IMG/VR virus record: IMGVR_UViG_3300027833_000028
Span: 24,599-88,598 of that record
From: a virus
DNA length: 64,000 nucleotides
Reading direction: 5' to 3' (one strand)
Part shown: positions 20,733-30,092 of the stretch, piece after piece
Layout: each line of letters opens with the position of its first letter
Numbering within the stretch: the first letter of the stretch is position 1
The notes under the pieces: model-generated
Told to the model about the DNA's origin: nothing
The model's database searches: none
The model's input: the letters and a program-made list of their open reading frames with translations, nothing else
Translations under genes and position numbers: made by a program

Positions 20733-23700
20733 GTGGATTTAAACAAAAAAAGTGTAAAACAACAAGGTGGTGCTATGATACCTCAACAACCAGGCATGCA
20801 ACAACAGCCGCAAGTTGATCCTCAAGTTATGCAAATAACTGAGGTATTTTCTCAATCTATGGGACAAGGTAAAGAACCACAAGAAATAGTAATGGGTTTA
20901 ATGGAACAGCAGGTTGATCAAAACCTTATAGGCCAAGCTCTTATGACTATGGGATATGAGCAAGAAATGGTAGTGCAATTATTTAAACAAATTGCAGAAT
21001 CACAAAGACCTCAATCACCAAGTCCACAAGAGATAACAAATAATCCACAACAGTTAGCTAGAGCAGAAGAAATGCAAAAAGAAGCTCCAGCTATGAATAT
21101 GAATATTGATCCTATTGATATGGCTAAATCTGGTATAGAAATTAAACCAGAAAACAAAGGTAAGTTTACAGCATGGGCTAAATCACGTGGTATGAGCGTT
21201 AAGGAGGCTGCTAACAAGGTTATGGCAAATCCTAAGAGATACCCTCCATCTGTAGTAAAGATGGCTAATTTTGCAAAGAACGCAGCTGGATTTAAAAAAC
21301 AACCCGGTGGTGCAGTAACTCAAAATGATACTAATGATATTGAAATTCAAATAGCACTACTGCAACAACAAGCTGCAATTGCAAAAGCACAAGCAGAGCA
21401 TGCTGCTAAAATGGAGTTGTTAGAAGATCCATCAATGTCTAGAACTATAACTCCAGAAAGAAAGATAGAGATGGAGGAAATAGGTAAACTTGATGCTATT
21501 AATGAGTCAATGTATAGAACCCTAACTCCACAAAGACAATTTGAACAGGACTACATAAACTACACAGAAAAAAATGGTCCAATATCCGTCCAAGATTATA
21601 GTAAACTAACTGGTATGGATGCGTCAATGTATAGAACTATAACTCCTGAAAGACAACTTGAAGATGATATTATAAAAAAACAAGGTGGTGAATTTAAACC
21701 ACACTTTATGTACAAAGGTAAAAGAAAGATAAGAGCTAAAGATTTGGCTACCCACCTTAGACTGAAGAAAGCTGGTTATAATCATAAAGCTCCAAAGGCC
21801 CAAACTGGTGGAGAAGGTATGTATGATACACCTATGTCAGATAGAACACCGGGTGCATATGCACCAAAAATGTATACAGGTGGTAATGTTCCAATTGGTT
21901 TTAATCCAGATCCAAAAGTACAAGCTGAATTAGAAAAGAAGTTTGGTGATAATCCTATGGCTAATCAACTTAATGATTTTTTAAAACTAACAGCAAACGG
22001 TAAACAAAATAAATTAATAGATCAAAAGGATAATGGTTATGTGGCACCAAACCCAATGTATTTTAATCCAGCAATGTTTGGAGATATGGATGTTAATGTT
22101 GCAGATATTATAAATACTACATCTAGCGTTGTTGGTGACTTGTTTGGGGAAGAAGGATCAATTTCAAACTTTGGTGAGAACAGCGCAAATGATAAATTAA
22201 GAAAGCTTACCAATTCATCTTATGATGTTAAAGCAGATTTATCTCCAGAAAATCAACAAGCATTTCAAGATTATGTTACGCAATTTAAATATGAAAATCC
22301 TGAAAAAGATATACTAGGTAATCTAGTAGAGGAATCAGAAAAAATTGCAAGTGAAATTTCTACAGAAAACATTGATCTAAAAGATCCTCAAATATTAAAA
22401 TTTCTTAAGATGTCTACTAAGAACATGTCTAAGAAAGGTCAAGAATTATATGATCAACTCAAACTTAAATTTTTTCCAGATGGTGTACCTGATGTAGAAG
22501 TTGAAGAGACTGAAGAAGTTACAGAAGAAGGTACTACTAATGTTAAATATGGAGGTTCTCCTTTCTTACCAAAGGCACAGTTTAATATTCCAGACTTTAT
22601 GTATGGCAAACAAGATGCTGAGTATGATATGACCGGTGGAGGTTTTAATCCTTACACAGATGATTTAGGTGAGTTTATGAGTAATGCTGGTCAAACTAAT
22701 TATAGGGAAGATACTGAATTAGTAGATAGAGCTGCTATTGATGCAGGTACATATGGTAATAGAACACAGGACCCAACACAATCATCTGCACCACTAGATA
22801 CTGAATATGACAAAGATGGAGATGGAATACCAGATATGATAGATATTGATGGTGGTAATGGAACAGGTGAAGGATTTCCAGGTACAGCAGGAAGCCCATC
22901 TGCAGATGAATTAAGAAGTAGGATAAATAAACCTACAGTAAAAAGAAATAGAAATCCTTTGGCTGCAGCAGAAAACATGTTTAACACAGCAGGTGCTGGG
23001 GTTTTTGCTGATATATCTAATGGTATTTATCAAGGTACTAGAATAGCAAATGATATAGGTGATGCTAAAAGAGCAAGACAAGCTGAGTATGATTTAAAAA
23101 CTGTAGATACCATAGCTGATAATACATATGGTGTTATGACAGATATGAATTTTAAACGTGGTAAAGGTGAGTTAGTAAATCCAGGTGGTTTTGGTAGTGA
23201 AGGTGATAGAACTACTGGACTATACATGGATACAGCTAAAGAAGGTGGAGGTGTAAATAATGCAGGATTTAAAGCATTACCCCCAGCAGTACAACAAAAA
23301 ATATTAAAATCCTTACAGGTTGGAGGAGGTGCAGGAGGCACAGCAGCTATTGATACAGCTGCAATTCTAAAAGGTTTACCATATGATTTTATGTCTACAA
23401 GTATGGGCAAGCAGCTTTTAAATGTACAACCAGATACAGCAACTGATATTATGGATGTATATCGTAAAGCTCAAAACATTAGTAGCTTAAGTGATGGTCT
23501 TGATTTCTTTACATCTGTAAGTAAAAAGGACATTAAAAATGTAATGAATGAGTCAGGTATAGATAAATACACTGTTAGAGATTATGTGAAAAACCAAGAT
23601 TTTTATAATGATGCTAGTTGGGCAACCCAACAAGCTATAAAACTAGCAATGAAAACTAAAGGTTTAAAACAAGGTGGGGAAACAGTAAACGTAGATTCAA

Positions 23701-23750
23701 GAATGTTGGCAAAATTAATTGCAGCCGGAGCTGATATAGAAAAATTATAA
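20733..23750 (+). CDS. Probable internal virion (cargo) protein, Gln/Met-rich, built of short modules separated by xxxGG motifs
   Basis: GTG start; about 10 GG-type motifs; IEIKPENKGKFT and FKPHFMY modules; located in the cargo gene block. Confidence 0.65.
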   Translation: MDLNKKSVKQQGGAMIPQQPGMQQQPQVDPQVMQITEVFSQSMGQGKEPQEIVMGLMEQQVDQNLIGQALMTMGYEQEMVVQLFKQIAESQRPQSPSPQEITNNPQQLARAEEMQKEAPAMNMNIDPIDMAKSGIEIKPENKGKFTAWAKSRGMSVKEAANKVMANPKRYPPSVVKMANFAKNAAGFKKQPGGAVTQNDTNDIEIQIALLQQQAAIAKAQAEHAAKMELLEDPSMSRTITPERKIEMEEIGKLDAINESMYRTLTPQRQFEQDYINYTEKNGPISVQDYSKLTGMDASMYRTITPERQLEDDIIKKQGGEFKPHFMYKGKRKIRAKDLATHLRLKKAGYNHKAPKAQTGGEGMYDTPMSDRTPGAYAPKMYTGGNVPIGFNPDPKVQAELEKKFGDNPMANQLNDFLKLTANGKQNKLIDQKDNGYVAPNPMYFNPAMFGDMDVNVADIINTTSSVVGDLFGEEGSISNFGENSANDKLRKLTNSSYDVKADLSPENQQAFQDYVTQFKYENPEKDILGNLVEESEKIASEISTENIDLKDPQILKFLKMSTKNMSKKGQELYDQLKLKFFPDGVPDVEVEETEEVTEEGTTNVKYGGSPFLPKAQFNIPDFMYGKQDAEYDMTGGGFNPYTDDLGEFMSNAGQTNYREDTELVDRAAIDAGTYGNRTQDPTQSSAPLDTEYDKDGDGIPDMIDIDGGNGTGEGFPGTAGSPSADELRSRINKPTVKRNRNPLAAAENMFNTAGAGVFADISNGIYQGTRIANDIGDAKRARQAEYDLKTVDTIADNTYGVMTDMNFKRGKGELVNPGGFGSEGDRTTGLYMDTAKEGGGVNNAGFKALPPAVQQKILKSLQVGGGAGGTAAIDTAAILKGLPYDFMSTSMGKQLLNVQPDTATDIMDVYRKAQNISSLSDGLDFFTSVSKKDIKNVMNESGIDKYTVRDYVKNQDFYNDASWATQQAIKLAMKTKGLKQGGETVNVDSRMLAKLIAAGADIEKL
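21432..21668 (+). repeat. Three in-frame copies of SM[SY]RT[IL]TP[EQ]R
   Basis: Copies start at 21432, 21507 and 21624; about 30 nt each, with synonymous differences. Confidence 0.85.
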
Positions 23751-23752
23751 TT

Positions 23753-26749
23753 ATGGCAAAAATTAAAATAAATAAATTACCTGAAGGTTTTAGTATCCGC
23801 AACGGAGAAGTTGTTGAAGATACAAAGTCCATGCAAGAAGGTGGTATGACAACGGGTGATCAAGCTGATTATGGCTTAGTTACAACTCCACAGGCATATT
23901 ATGGTGATACTAATTTTAACAATTCAAGAGACGAATCTGTTAGATATAGTTTATCAAGTGTACCTAGAGAAGATGCTAATTTAGAAGCAGAAGGTGGAGA
24001 AACAGTATTAACTGATTTAAATGATGATGGTACTTTTGGTTTATATGACATTGTAGGACCAAGACATGGTAGCGGTGGTGTACCAATGTTTTTACCTGAG
24101 CAATCTTTTGTTTTTTCTGACACACGTAAATTAAAATTATCAAAAGATGAAATGTCAGAATTTGGTATGGGCGGAAGTAGAAAAACGCCAGCTAAAGTTT
24201 CTAAGAAATTTGGTTTGCAAGATTACTATGGGGAATTAAACTCACAGTATTCTGATGATATATCTGCCACTAGTGCAGAATTAATGTTAAAGAAAAATAT
24301 GAATGATCTTTCTAGATTAGCATTTATGCAAGAAGCAAAGAAAGAATTTTCTGATGGTGTACCATTAGCATCTCATCCATATTTAGTTTCTATAGGAGAG
24401 GACCCAATAGAGTTTACAGCTAAGATAGAAGAAATATCTAGAAAAGAAGCAGAAGCAAAAGCATTACAAGCTTTGCCACTAGAGCAACAGCAACAGTTAA
24501 TGATGATGCAGCAAATGATGGCTCAACAAGAACAGCAACAAGGTATGCAACAACAAGGTATGCCTGCACCAATGGATGCATTTATGCCTCCAGCAGGTGA
24601 ACCAGGCTTAGCTATGGAAAATAATGCTATGTTAGATACTGCTAGATTTGGTACAGAGCTGGGAGATTTTATACAGAAAGCACAAGAAGGTAATGGTGAG
24701 AAAAAAGAAACTTATACTTTAAATAGACAACCAGCTACTAGAGCAGAATATTATGATTATATGATTAGACATAATATGCATAGAAATTTTGATGGTTCTG
24801 TTCAGCCAAAATTTTTAGATCAGTTAACTGCAGGAGAAAAATATTTATATGGTAAAGCATTAACTAAGATTGATGATTATGATCCAATGAGCATAACAGA
24901 ATCTAATGACGGTGATCTCTCACTTACTGAAGAAGAATTTGCTGTACAGTTTCCTGAAGATGTAGAAGGTTTTGTAGGTCCTACACAAACTAATGTAGAA
25001 AAAGCACAAAACAATCAGGTTTCTAAAACAGAGATGCCAGTAACTAAGAAAGAAACTGATAAAGTTGAGGATAATAAAAATCCATTTAAAGCAGGTACTG
25101 CGGATGCTATAGAGTTTGATCAAAATATTATGGATGGTTATAGCCCTGTTGTAGTAAAAAACGAGAGTGGTAAAAGTATAATTAGGTTTATTAAACCTGC
25201 GTCAGATGAAAGAAAAGATACAAGACAAAGTAGAACTAAAGGAGAAATTTCTGAAGGTGATATAGTAGGTACTGGTAATAGGACAGATGTATACACAGAT
25301 GAGGTACAGGAACAACAAAAGATAACAGATGCATCTGGAATAGCATCTTTTATACCTGGTATGTATGATTTAGCAAAACTACCTGATGAACAGCTTGGAG
25401 CTGATGAATTTGGCTATGGTTCATCATTATTTTCTAGTGAAGAAGCAGAAGAAGATTTCATGTATAGAAATCAATCTATTGTTGATGAGTTAGGACCTGA
25501 GTGGAAGTACAATTATCCAAAATCTGATAAAAAAGGTTATGATAAAAACTGGAGAGATTTCCAAAATAAATATGAGGAGAAAAGAAGAGATTACTTTAAA
25601 AAGAAAGGTCTTCCATATATACCATATTTCTTTAATGATGAATCTTTAAAGCAAGCTTTTGCTGATAGTCCAGAAACCTATGATAAAGACGGTGATGGTA
25701 AAATAGATGCGGAATGGAAAAAAAGAAAGTTTGATGGAATGAGAGGTGGTTATACTGCCAATGCTCCAGGTTTTGATATTGACTATAGTCCGGAAGATAT
25801 AAGAGAGATGTCATTACCAGAAGAAACACCAACAATAAAAACACCTGGGGTAAAAGAGTATGATGGTTACCCAGCACAATGGTGGGCTCAAGACATTAAT
25901 AATCTTAATACTGTTGGGGCTATAAAGGATACTTTACGTTTACCATATGCTCCTGAACTAGAGGATCAAAAAATTGATTATGTACTTGATGATTATACAG
26001 GAAGAGTAAATGCTAATACATCAGCATTAAATACTATGGCAGGTGCATTAGGTGCATATGGACCACAAGCTCTTGCAAGAAGTAATGTATTTGGAAAAAC
26101 ATTAGATGCTAATGCTAAAGCAATTAATCAAGTAAATAGCAATAATGTTAGAACAATGAATCAAGTTGCTACAATGCAACCTCAGTTAAACATGAAAGTT
26201 GATATGACTAACAATGCTACTAATAAGCAATTGTATGATGACACAATAACAGCACTACAACAAAAAGATAATTTTACTAACTGGAGAACAGGTAAGTACA
26301 ATGAATTATTTAATGCTGGATTAACTAATTTAGCTAATACATATAACTTAAATACAATTAATCCTAATATGAATGTCAATCCAAATCAATTTGGTATGAT
26401 TGAATTTACCGAAGATGGTAGAAAATTATATAAAGATGGAGATACTGATATAGCATTACAAAGAGCACAACAATTTCAAAGAGCTCAGCGGTTGATTGGA
26501 GAAGATAGTGATGGTAAACAAAGACCTGTAACAAAAGAATATTTAGAATTTTTGTATCCTAATAGTGCAACAACAAAAACAAGTAGGGCTAACCAAACTA
26601 GAGGACAATATGATCTGGAAAACAATGGTTTGCCTCCTGGCTATCAACAACCAATTGCACAATCAAAAATGGGTAGTGAAAAGAAAAAAGACAAAACCAG
26701 TTTATCAAAGTGGGCAGTGCCGTTTTACACAGGTAAGATAGGTATGTAA
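23753..26749 (+). CDS. Probable internal virion (cargo) protein
   Basis: NLEAEGGE..GPRHGSGGVP..FVFSD motif typical of crAss-like/Bacteroidota phage virion proteins; Gln-rich linker. Confidence 0.65.
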   Translation: MAKIKINKLPEGFSIRNGEVVEDTKSMQEGGMTTGDQADYGLVTTPQAYYGDTNFNNSRDESVRYSLSSVPREDANLEAEGGETVLTDLNDDGTFGLYDIVGPRHGSGGVPMFLPEQSFVFSDTRKLKLSKDEMSEFGMGGSRKTPAKVSKKFGLQDYYGELNSQYSDDISATSAELMLKKNMNDLSRLAFMQEAKKEFSDGVPLASHPYLVSIGEDPIEFTAKIEEISRKEAEAKALQALPLEQQQQLMMMQQMMAQQEQQQGMQQQGMPAPMDAFMPPAGEPGLAMENNAMLDTARFGTELGDFIQKAQEGNGEKKETYTLNRQPATRAEYYDYMIRHNMHRNFDGSVQPKFLDQLTAGEKYLYGKALTKIDDYDPMSITESNDGDLSLTEEEFAVQFPEDVEGFVGPTQTNVEKAQNNQVSKTEMPVTKKETDKVEDNKNPFKAGTADAIEFDQNIMDGYSPVVVKNESGKSIIRFIKPASDERKDTRQSRTKGEISEGDIVGTGNRTDVYTDEVQEQQKITDASGIASFIPGMYDLAKLPDEQLGADEFGYGSSLFSSEEAEEDFMYRNQSIVDELGPEWKYNYPKSDKKGYDKNWRDFQNKYEEKRRDYFKKKGLPYIPYFFNDESLKQAFADSPETYDKDGDGKIDAEWKKRKFDGMRGGYTANAPGFDIDYSPEDIREMSLPEETPTIKTPGVKEYDGYPAQWWAQDINNLNTVGAIKDTLRLPYAPELEDQKIDYVLDDYTGRVNANTSALNTMAGALGAYGPQALARSNVFGKTLDANAKAINQVNSNNVRTMNQVATMQPQLNMKVDMTNNATNKQLYDDTITALQQKDNFTNWRTGKYNELFNAGLTNLANTYNLNTINPNMNVNPNQFGMIEFTEDGRKLYKDGDTDIALQRAQQFQRAQRLIGEDSDGKQRPVTKEYLEFLYPNSATTKTSRANQTRGQYDLENNGLPPGYQQPIAQSKMGSEKKKDKTSLSKWAVPFYTGKIGM

Positions 26750-26808
26750 ACCTAAAGGGTTTATACAAAACACTTTGTAAACTTATATAATTATATTAAT
26801 TTTACATT

Positions 26809-29800
26809 ATGGCAACATACATAAAAGGAGCAGATACATATTTACCGGATATTAAGCCGTTCACACCGGATTATAAATTCTTGTCTGCAGTTTTGGAGAC
26901 AAGACAAGATAAGTATGATACTAATTTTAAGGCTACCAATGACTTATATAACAAGGTAGTCTATGCTGATTTGTCTAGGAATGATACTAAAGAAAGAAGA
27001 GATCAGTATGCAGAACAAATAGCACCACAGATAGAAAAAATATCTGGTATGGATTTATCATTAGCTCAAAATGTTAATGCAGCTAAGGATGTCTTTGCAC
27101 CATTTTATGAAGATGATATAACTGTAAAAGATGTTGTATATACATCTAGGTATAGAGAAGAAATGAAGACAGCAAATCTATTGCTTAATTCACCAGATAG
27201 AACTGTACAAGCAACATACTGGAAGACTGGTGAGAGAGCAATGCAATATCAAATGGATGCATTTATAAATGCAGATCCTGATAAAGCATTACAAATGGGT
27301 TTACCTAAATATGTACCAGATGCAAATTTGTTTGAAATGAGTCAACAGATGTTGGAAAACATGGATCCTCCTTTAAAGATGAAGAGAGATAGGTTTGCCA
27401 AAAAAGCTAATCCAAAGTTTAACCCTAATAAACCTGTATCAGAAACTAATCAAAGAGAGATTGCAAATTCTGATTGGATTATTACAGAACAAAATGGTGC
27501 TCAAGTAACTGGTGCTGCATTACAGCAGATCAGAAATAGACTTATGGAAGCTCCAAGAGTACAAGCTGCATATCAAACAGAAGCATATGTTAAAGGTATG
27601 GATTGGGCAACGCAAGCTGTGAACGAAGGTAGAGCTGCTAACTTAGAACAAGGACAAGAACTTTGGGCTTCTGAAACAATAAGAAGGCTTGATAAAATTA
27701 ATGAATTAAGAATGGCTCAAGACATGCAGGCTTTATCTAAAGCAGAAAAAGCAAATGTTTCATGGGCAAATTATAAAGGTGCTAATGGTATTATAGAAGG
27801 GTCACAACTTGATCAAGCTAATACAGAACAACTTTCAAGAACTGAACAATTTAAAGCAGCTTTAGAAGCTAAAAAAAGAATTAGAGAAGAAGCAGCATTA
27901 CCTAGTAAGACGCTGGGTAATACTTTGAATAAAGCATATAGTATGCTAATGCAGAATAATATCATGGCTGACATGAGAGAGTCTGCACAAGCATGGAGCG
28001 CAAGAGATTATGAGTATGAAATGCGTGAAAATAAATATGCTCTTCAAGACAAACAATTTAAAATGGACATGAGTAAGATTAGAGCTAATGCATCAAATGC
28101 TCTTAATCTAGAAAAAGTTAAACAAAAAAATAGAGTTGATCTTAAACTATTAGAAAATGAATTAGAAGGATCTAGATCAAATAGCCCACTTGGGGATGCT
28201 GTGTCAAGTGCTTATACTACCCTTGGGGATGGAAATACAATTGATTTAGCAACTGATAAAAAAAATAAGATTACCGAAAATCCTGATATGATTCAAAGAA
28301 CCAAGGATCAGTTTACTGAAGCAGATGGTAAATTAGCAGCAACTCAGGTTAATGATATTGTTAATATGATGTCATTAATGAATCCTAGAGGTGACAACTC
28401 AAGCCAAGATCAAACGTATGGTATTCAAGTAACTGGAGAGAATGGTGAGTTAAAAGAATTTAGAGGGTCAATAGAACAGATAAAAACAAAACTATTAGAG
28501 CAATCTACAAATGATGAAGGTGTCTCTACAGGTTATAAAAACAGAGATTTAATAGCTAAAATATATTCTGATAAGAATACAGAGTTTACTAACACAAGAC
28601 AACAAGCATTAGATAATCCAAATATGGTATTATCAAGAGACCAAAGAACTTCTTATGATCAGCTCTATGAAAAGATGAATGGTATAAATGGTACTAACAC
28701 TCAAGTAAAAGGTGTAGAGCAATTTGTACAAACAGCATATAATAAATTTGAGGAAGCTAATAATGTTACAACTGCTAGTGTAAAAAAAGAAGAGAAGCAT
28801 GTTAGAAACTTAATGGACAATGGTAATTTCCCAAATATTTTTAAAGACGGTATACCTTTAAATAAAGAAGAATACATTAACATGGTAAAGGAAGGTATTA
28901 AAGATGGTAAAATTACTAATGTTAATTTAGATTGGAAAGTAGATACTGGAACTAATAATAAAGATTATATGATTCAAGCTACAGAGACAGAATATACTGA
29001 AAACTATGCAACCACAGTATACTTAAGAAATCCAGACGGTTCTCCGAAAATGATTCTTGATGAGAAAGCAGTTAATGATGAAGCAGGAATGGTTTATGAC
29101 GCACTTAAAAAAGGATTAAACAAAAGACTTACTGGTCAACAAGATTCTAATGTTAATTCAGGAGATTTTAATTCTGCTAGATATGGAATCAACGGGAGCT
29201 TTACAGATGTAGTCAGTAATCCTACGTACAACTATTCTATTAATCCTTTAGTAAACAATCCTGACAATGAACAGGAAATGGCTAATATGATTAATCAAGT
29301 TAAATCTTTACAAGCTACCAACACACCTTATGGATTAGGAGTTGGAAGGTTAAATAAAGACTCAGAGTTGTTAAGCAAAAATGCTTTAGCATCAAAGGTT
29401 TATAATTTATGGTTAGAAGATTTAAATACTTGGATTAATAATCCTAAAAGATCTAACACAGATGCAATAGCACCTATTGGTGTTTTAGCATATATGCCAG
29501 TCTATGATAAAGCAAATGTAGGAGATAAAACTCATGCAGGTTATGAACTTAAGTTTAGTCAAGAGTGGCTTGCATCAAAAGTTAAAGGACCAAAAGATGC
29601 AGAGTATGGTGCATTAACTAAAGAAGATTTAAAAAAATTAAAAGGTGTAGGTGAAAATAATAATGACAGTGGTATATTTTTAGTTTTTGATCAGAGTCAA
29701 GATTTAAATGTTAAAGCAAAAAAGAATGATTATTATTCTTCAACAGAAATAGATATTCTTGGTGGTGATGATAGCAACTATCATGATTATTCAGTACCTA

Positions 29801-30081
29801 ATGATAATGGTATAACTAATACAGCTGACTATAGAGTTATTAAAAATGGGACTGGAAATTACATGCTTGATTATTCAGTTAATTATTATAATCCTTATGA
29901 TCCAAATGCTGAAAATTATAGTGAATATACAACTGACACAGGCACAGTTCAAATGGATTTTAGAAATGGCTTAATGGGAATTGATCAACAGATGATAAAT
30001 CTGCAAGCTCAGTATCAAGAAATTAGAAGAAATAACCAGGCCTTAAGAGAAAAAGATCAGGCTATTTACGGTAAAAAATAA
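26809..30081 (+). CDS. Large helical probable ejected/cargo protein
   Basis: 1090-aa ORF directly upstream of the vRNAP gene; coiled-coil-rich. Confidence 0.6.
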   Translation: MATYIKGADTYLPDIKPFTPDYKFLSAVLETRQDKYDTNFKATNDLYNKVVYADLSRNDTKERRDQYAEQIAPQIEKISGMDLSLAQNVNAAKDVFAPFYEDDITVKDVVYTSRYREEMKTANLLLNSPDRTVQATYWKTGERAMQYQMDAFINADPDKALQMGLPKYVPDANLFEMSQQMLENMDPPLKMKRDRFAKKANPKFNPNKPVSETNQREIANSDWIITEQNGAQVTGAALQQIRNRLMEAPRVQAAYQTEAYVKGMDWATQAVNEGRAANLEQGQELWASETIRRLDKINELRMAQDMQALSKAEKANVSWANYKGANGIIEGSQLDQANTEQLSRTEQFKAALEAKKRIREEAALPSKTLGNTLNKAYSMLMQNNIMADMRESAQAWSARDYEYEMRENKYALQDKQFKMDMSKIRANASNALNLEKVKQKNRVDLKLLENELEGSRSNSPLGDAVSSAYTTLGDGNTIDLATDKKNKITENPDMIQRTKDQFTEADGKLAATQVNDIVNMMSLMNPRGDNSSQDQTYGIQVTGENGELKEFRGSIEQIKTKLLEQSTNDEGVSTGYKNRDLIAKIYSDKNTEFTNTRQQALDNPNMVLSRDQRTSYDQLYEKMNGINGTNTQVKGVEQFVQTAYNKFEEANNVTTASVKKEEKHVRNLMDNGNFPNIFKDGIPLNKEEYINMVKEGIKDGKITNVNLDWKVDTGTNNKDYMIQATETEYTENYATTVYLRNPDGSPKMILDEKAVNDEAGMVYDALKKGLNKRLTGQQDSNVNSGDFNSARYGINGSFTDVVSNPTYNYSINPLVNNPDNEQEMANMINQVKSLQATNTPYGLGVGRLNKDSELLSKNALASKVYNLWLEDLNTWINNPKRSNTDAIAPIGVLAYMPVYDKANVGDKTHAGYELKFSQEWLASKVKGPKDAEYGALTKEDLKKLKGVGENNNDSGIFLVFDQSQDLNVKAKKNDYYSSTEIDILGGDDSNYHDYSVPNDNGITNTADYRVIKNGTGNYMLDYSVNYYNPYDPNAENYSEYTTDTGTVQMDFRNGLMGIDQQMINLQAQYQEIRRNNQALREKDQAIYGKK

Positions 30082-30092
30082 ATCATAAGTAA

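Noticed and set aside
21432-21668. Three ~30-nt direct repeats resembling a mini-CRISPR array
   Set aside because: In frame within a long ORF, with synonymous differences, unequal spacers (about 45 and 87 nt) and no cas genes; this is a protein repeat
22800-25720. DxDGDG Ca-binding-like loops (YDKDGDGIPD, YDKDGDGKID)
   Set aside because: Isolated loops in low-complexity regions; not enough to call EF-hand or TSP3 domains
20670-26763. Similar TAAACC(C)TAAAG sequences at the stops of the 16545 and 23753 ORFs
   Set aside because: Only two short AT-rich copies; cannot be distinguished from chance without related genomes
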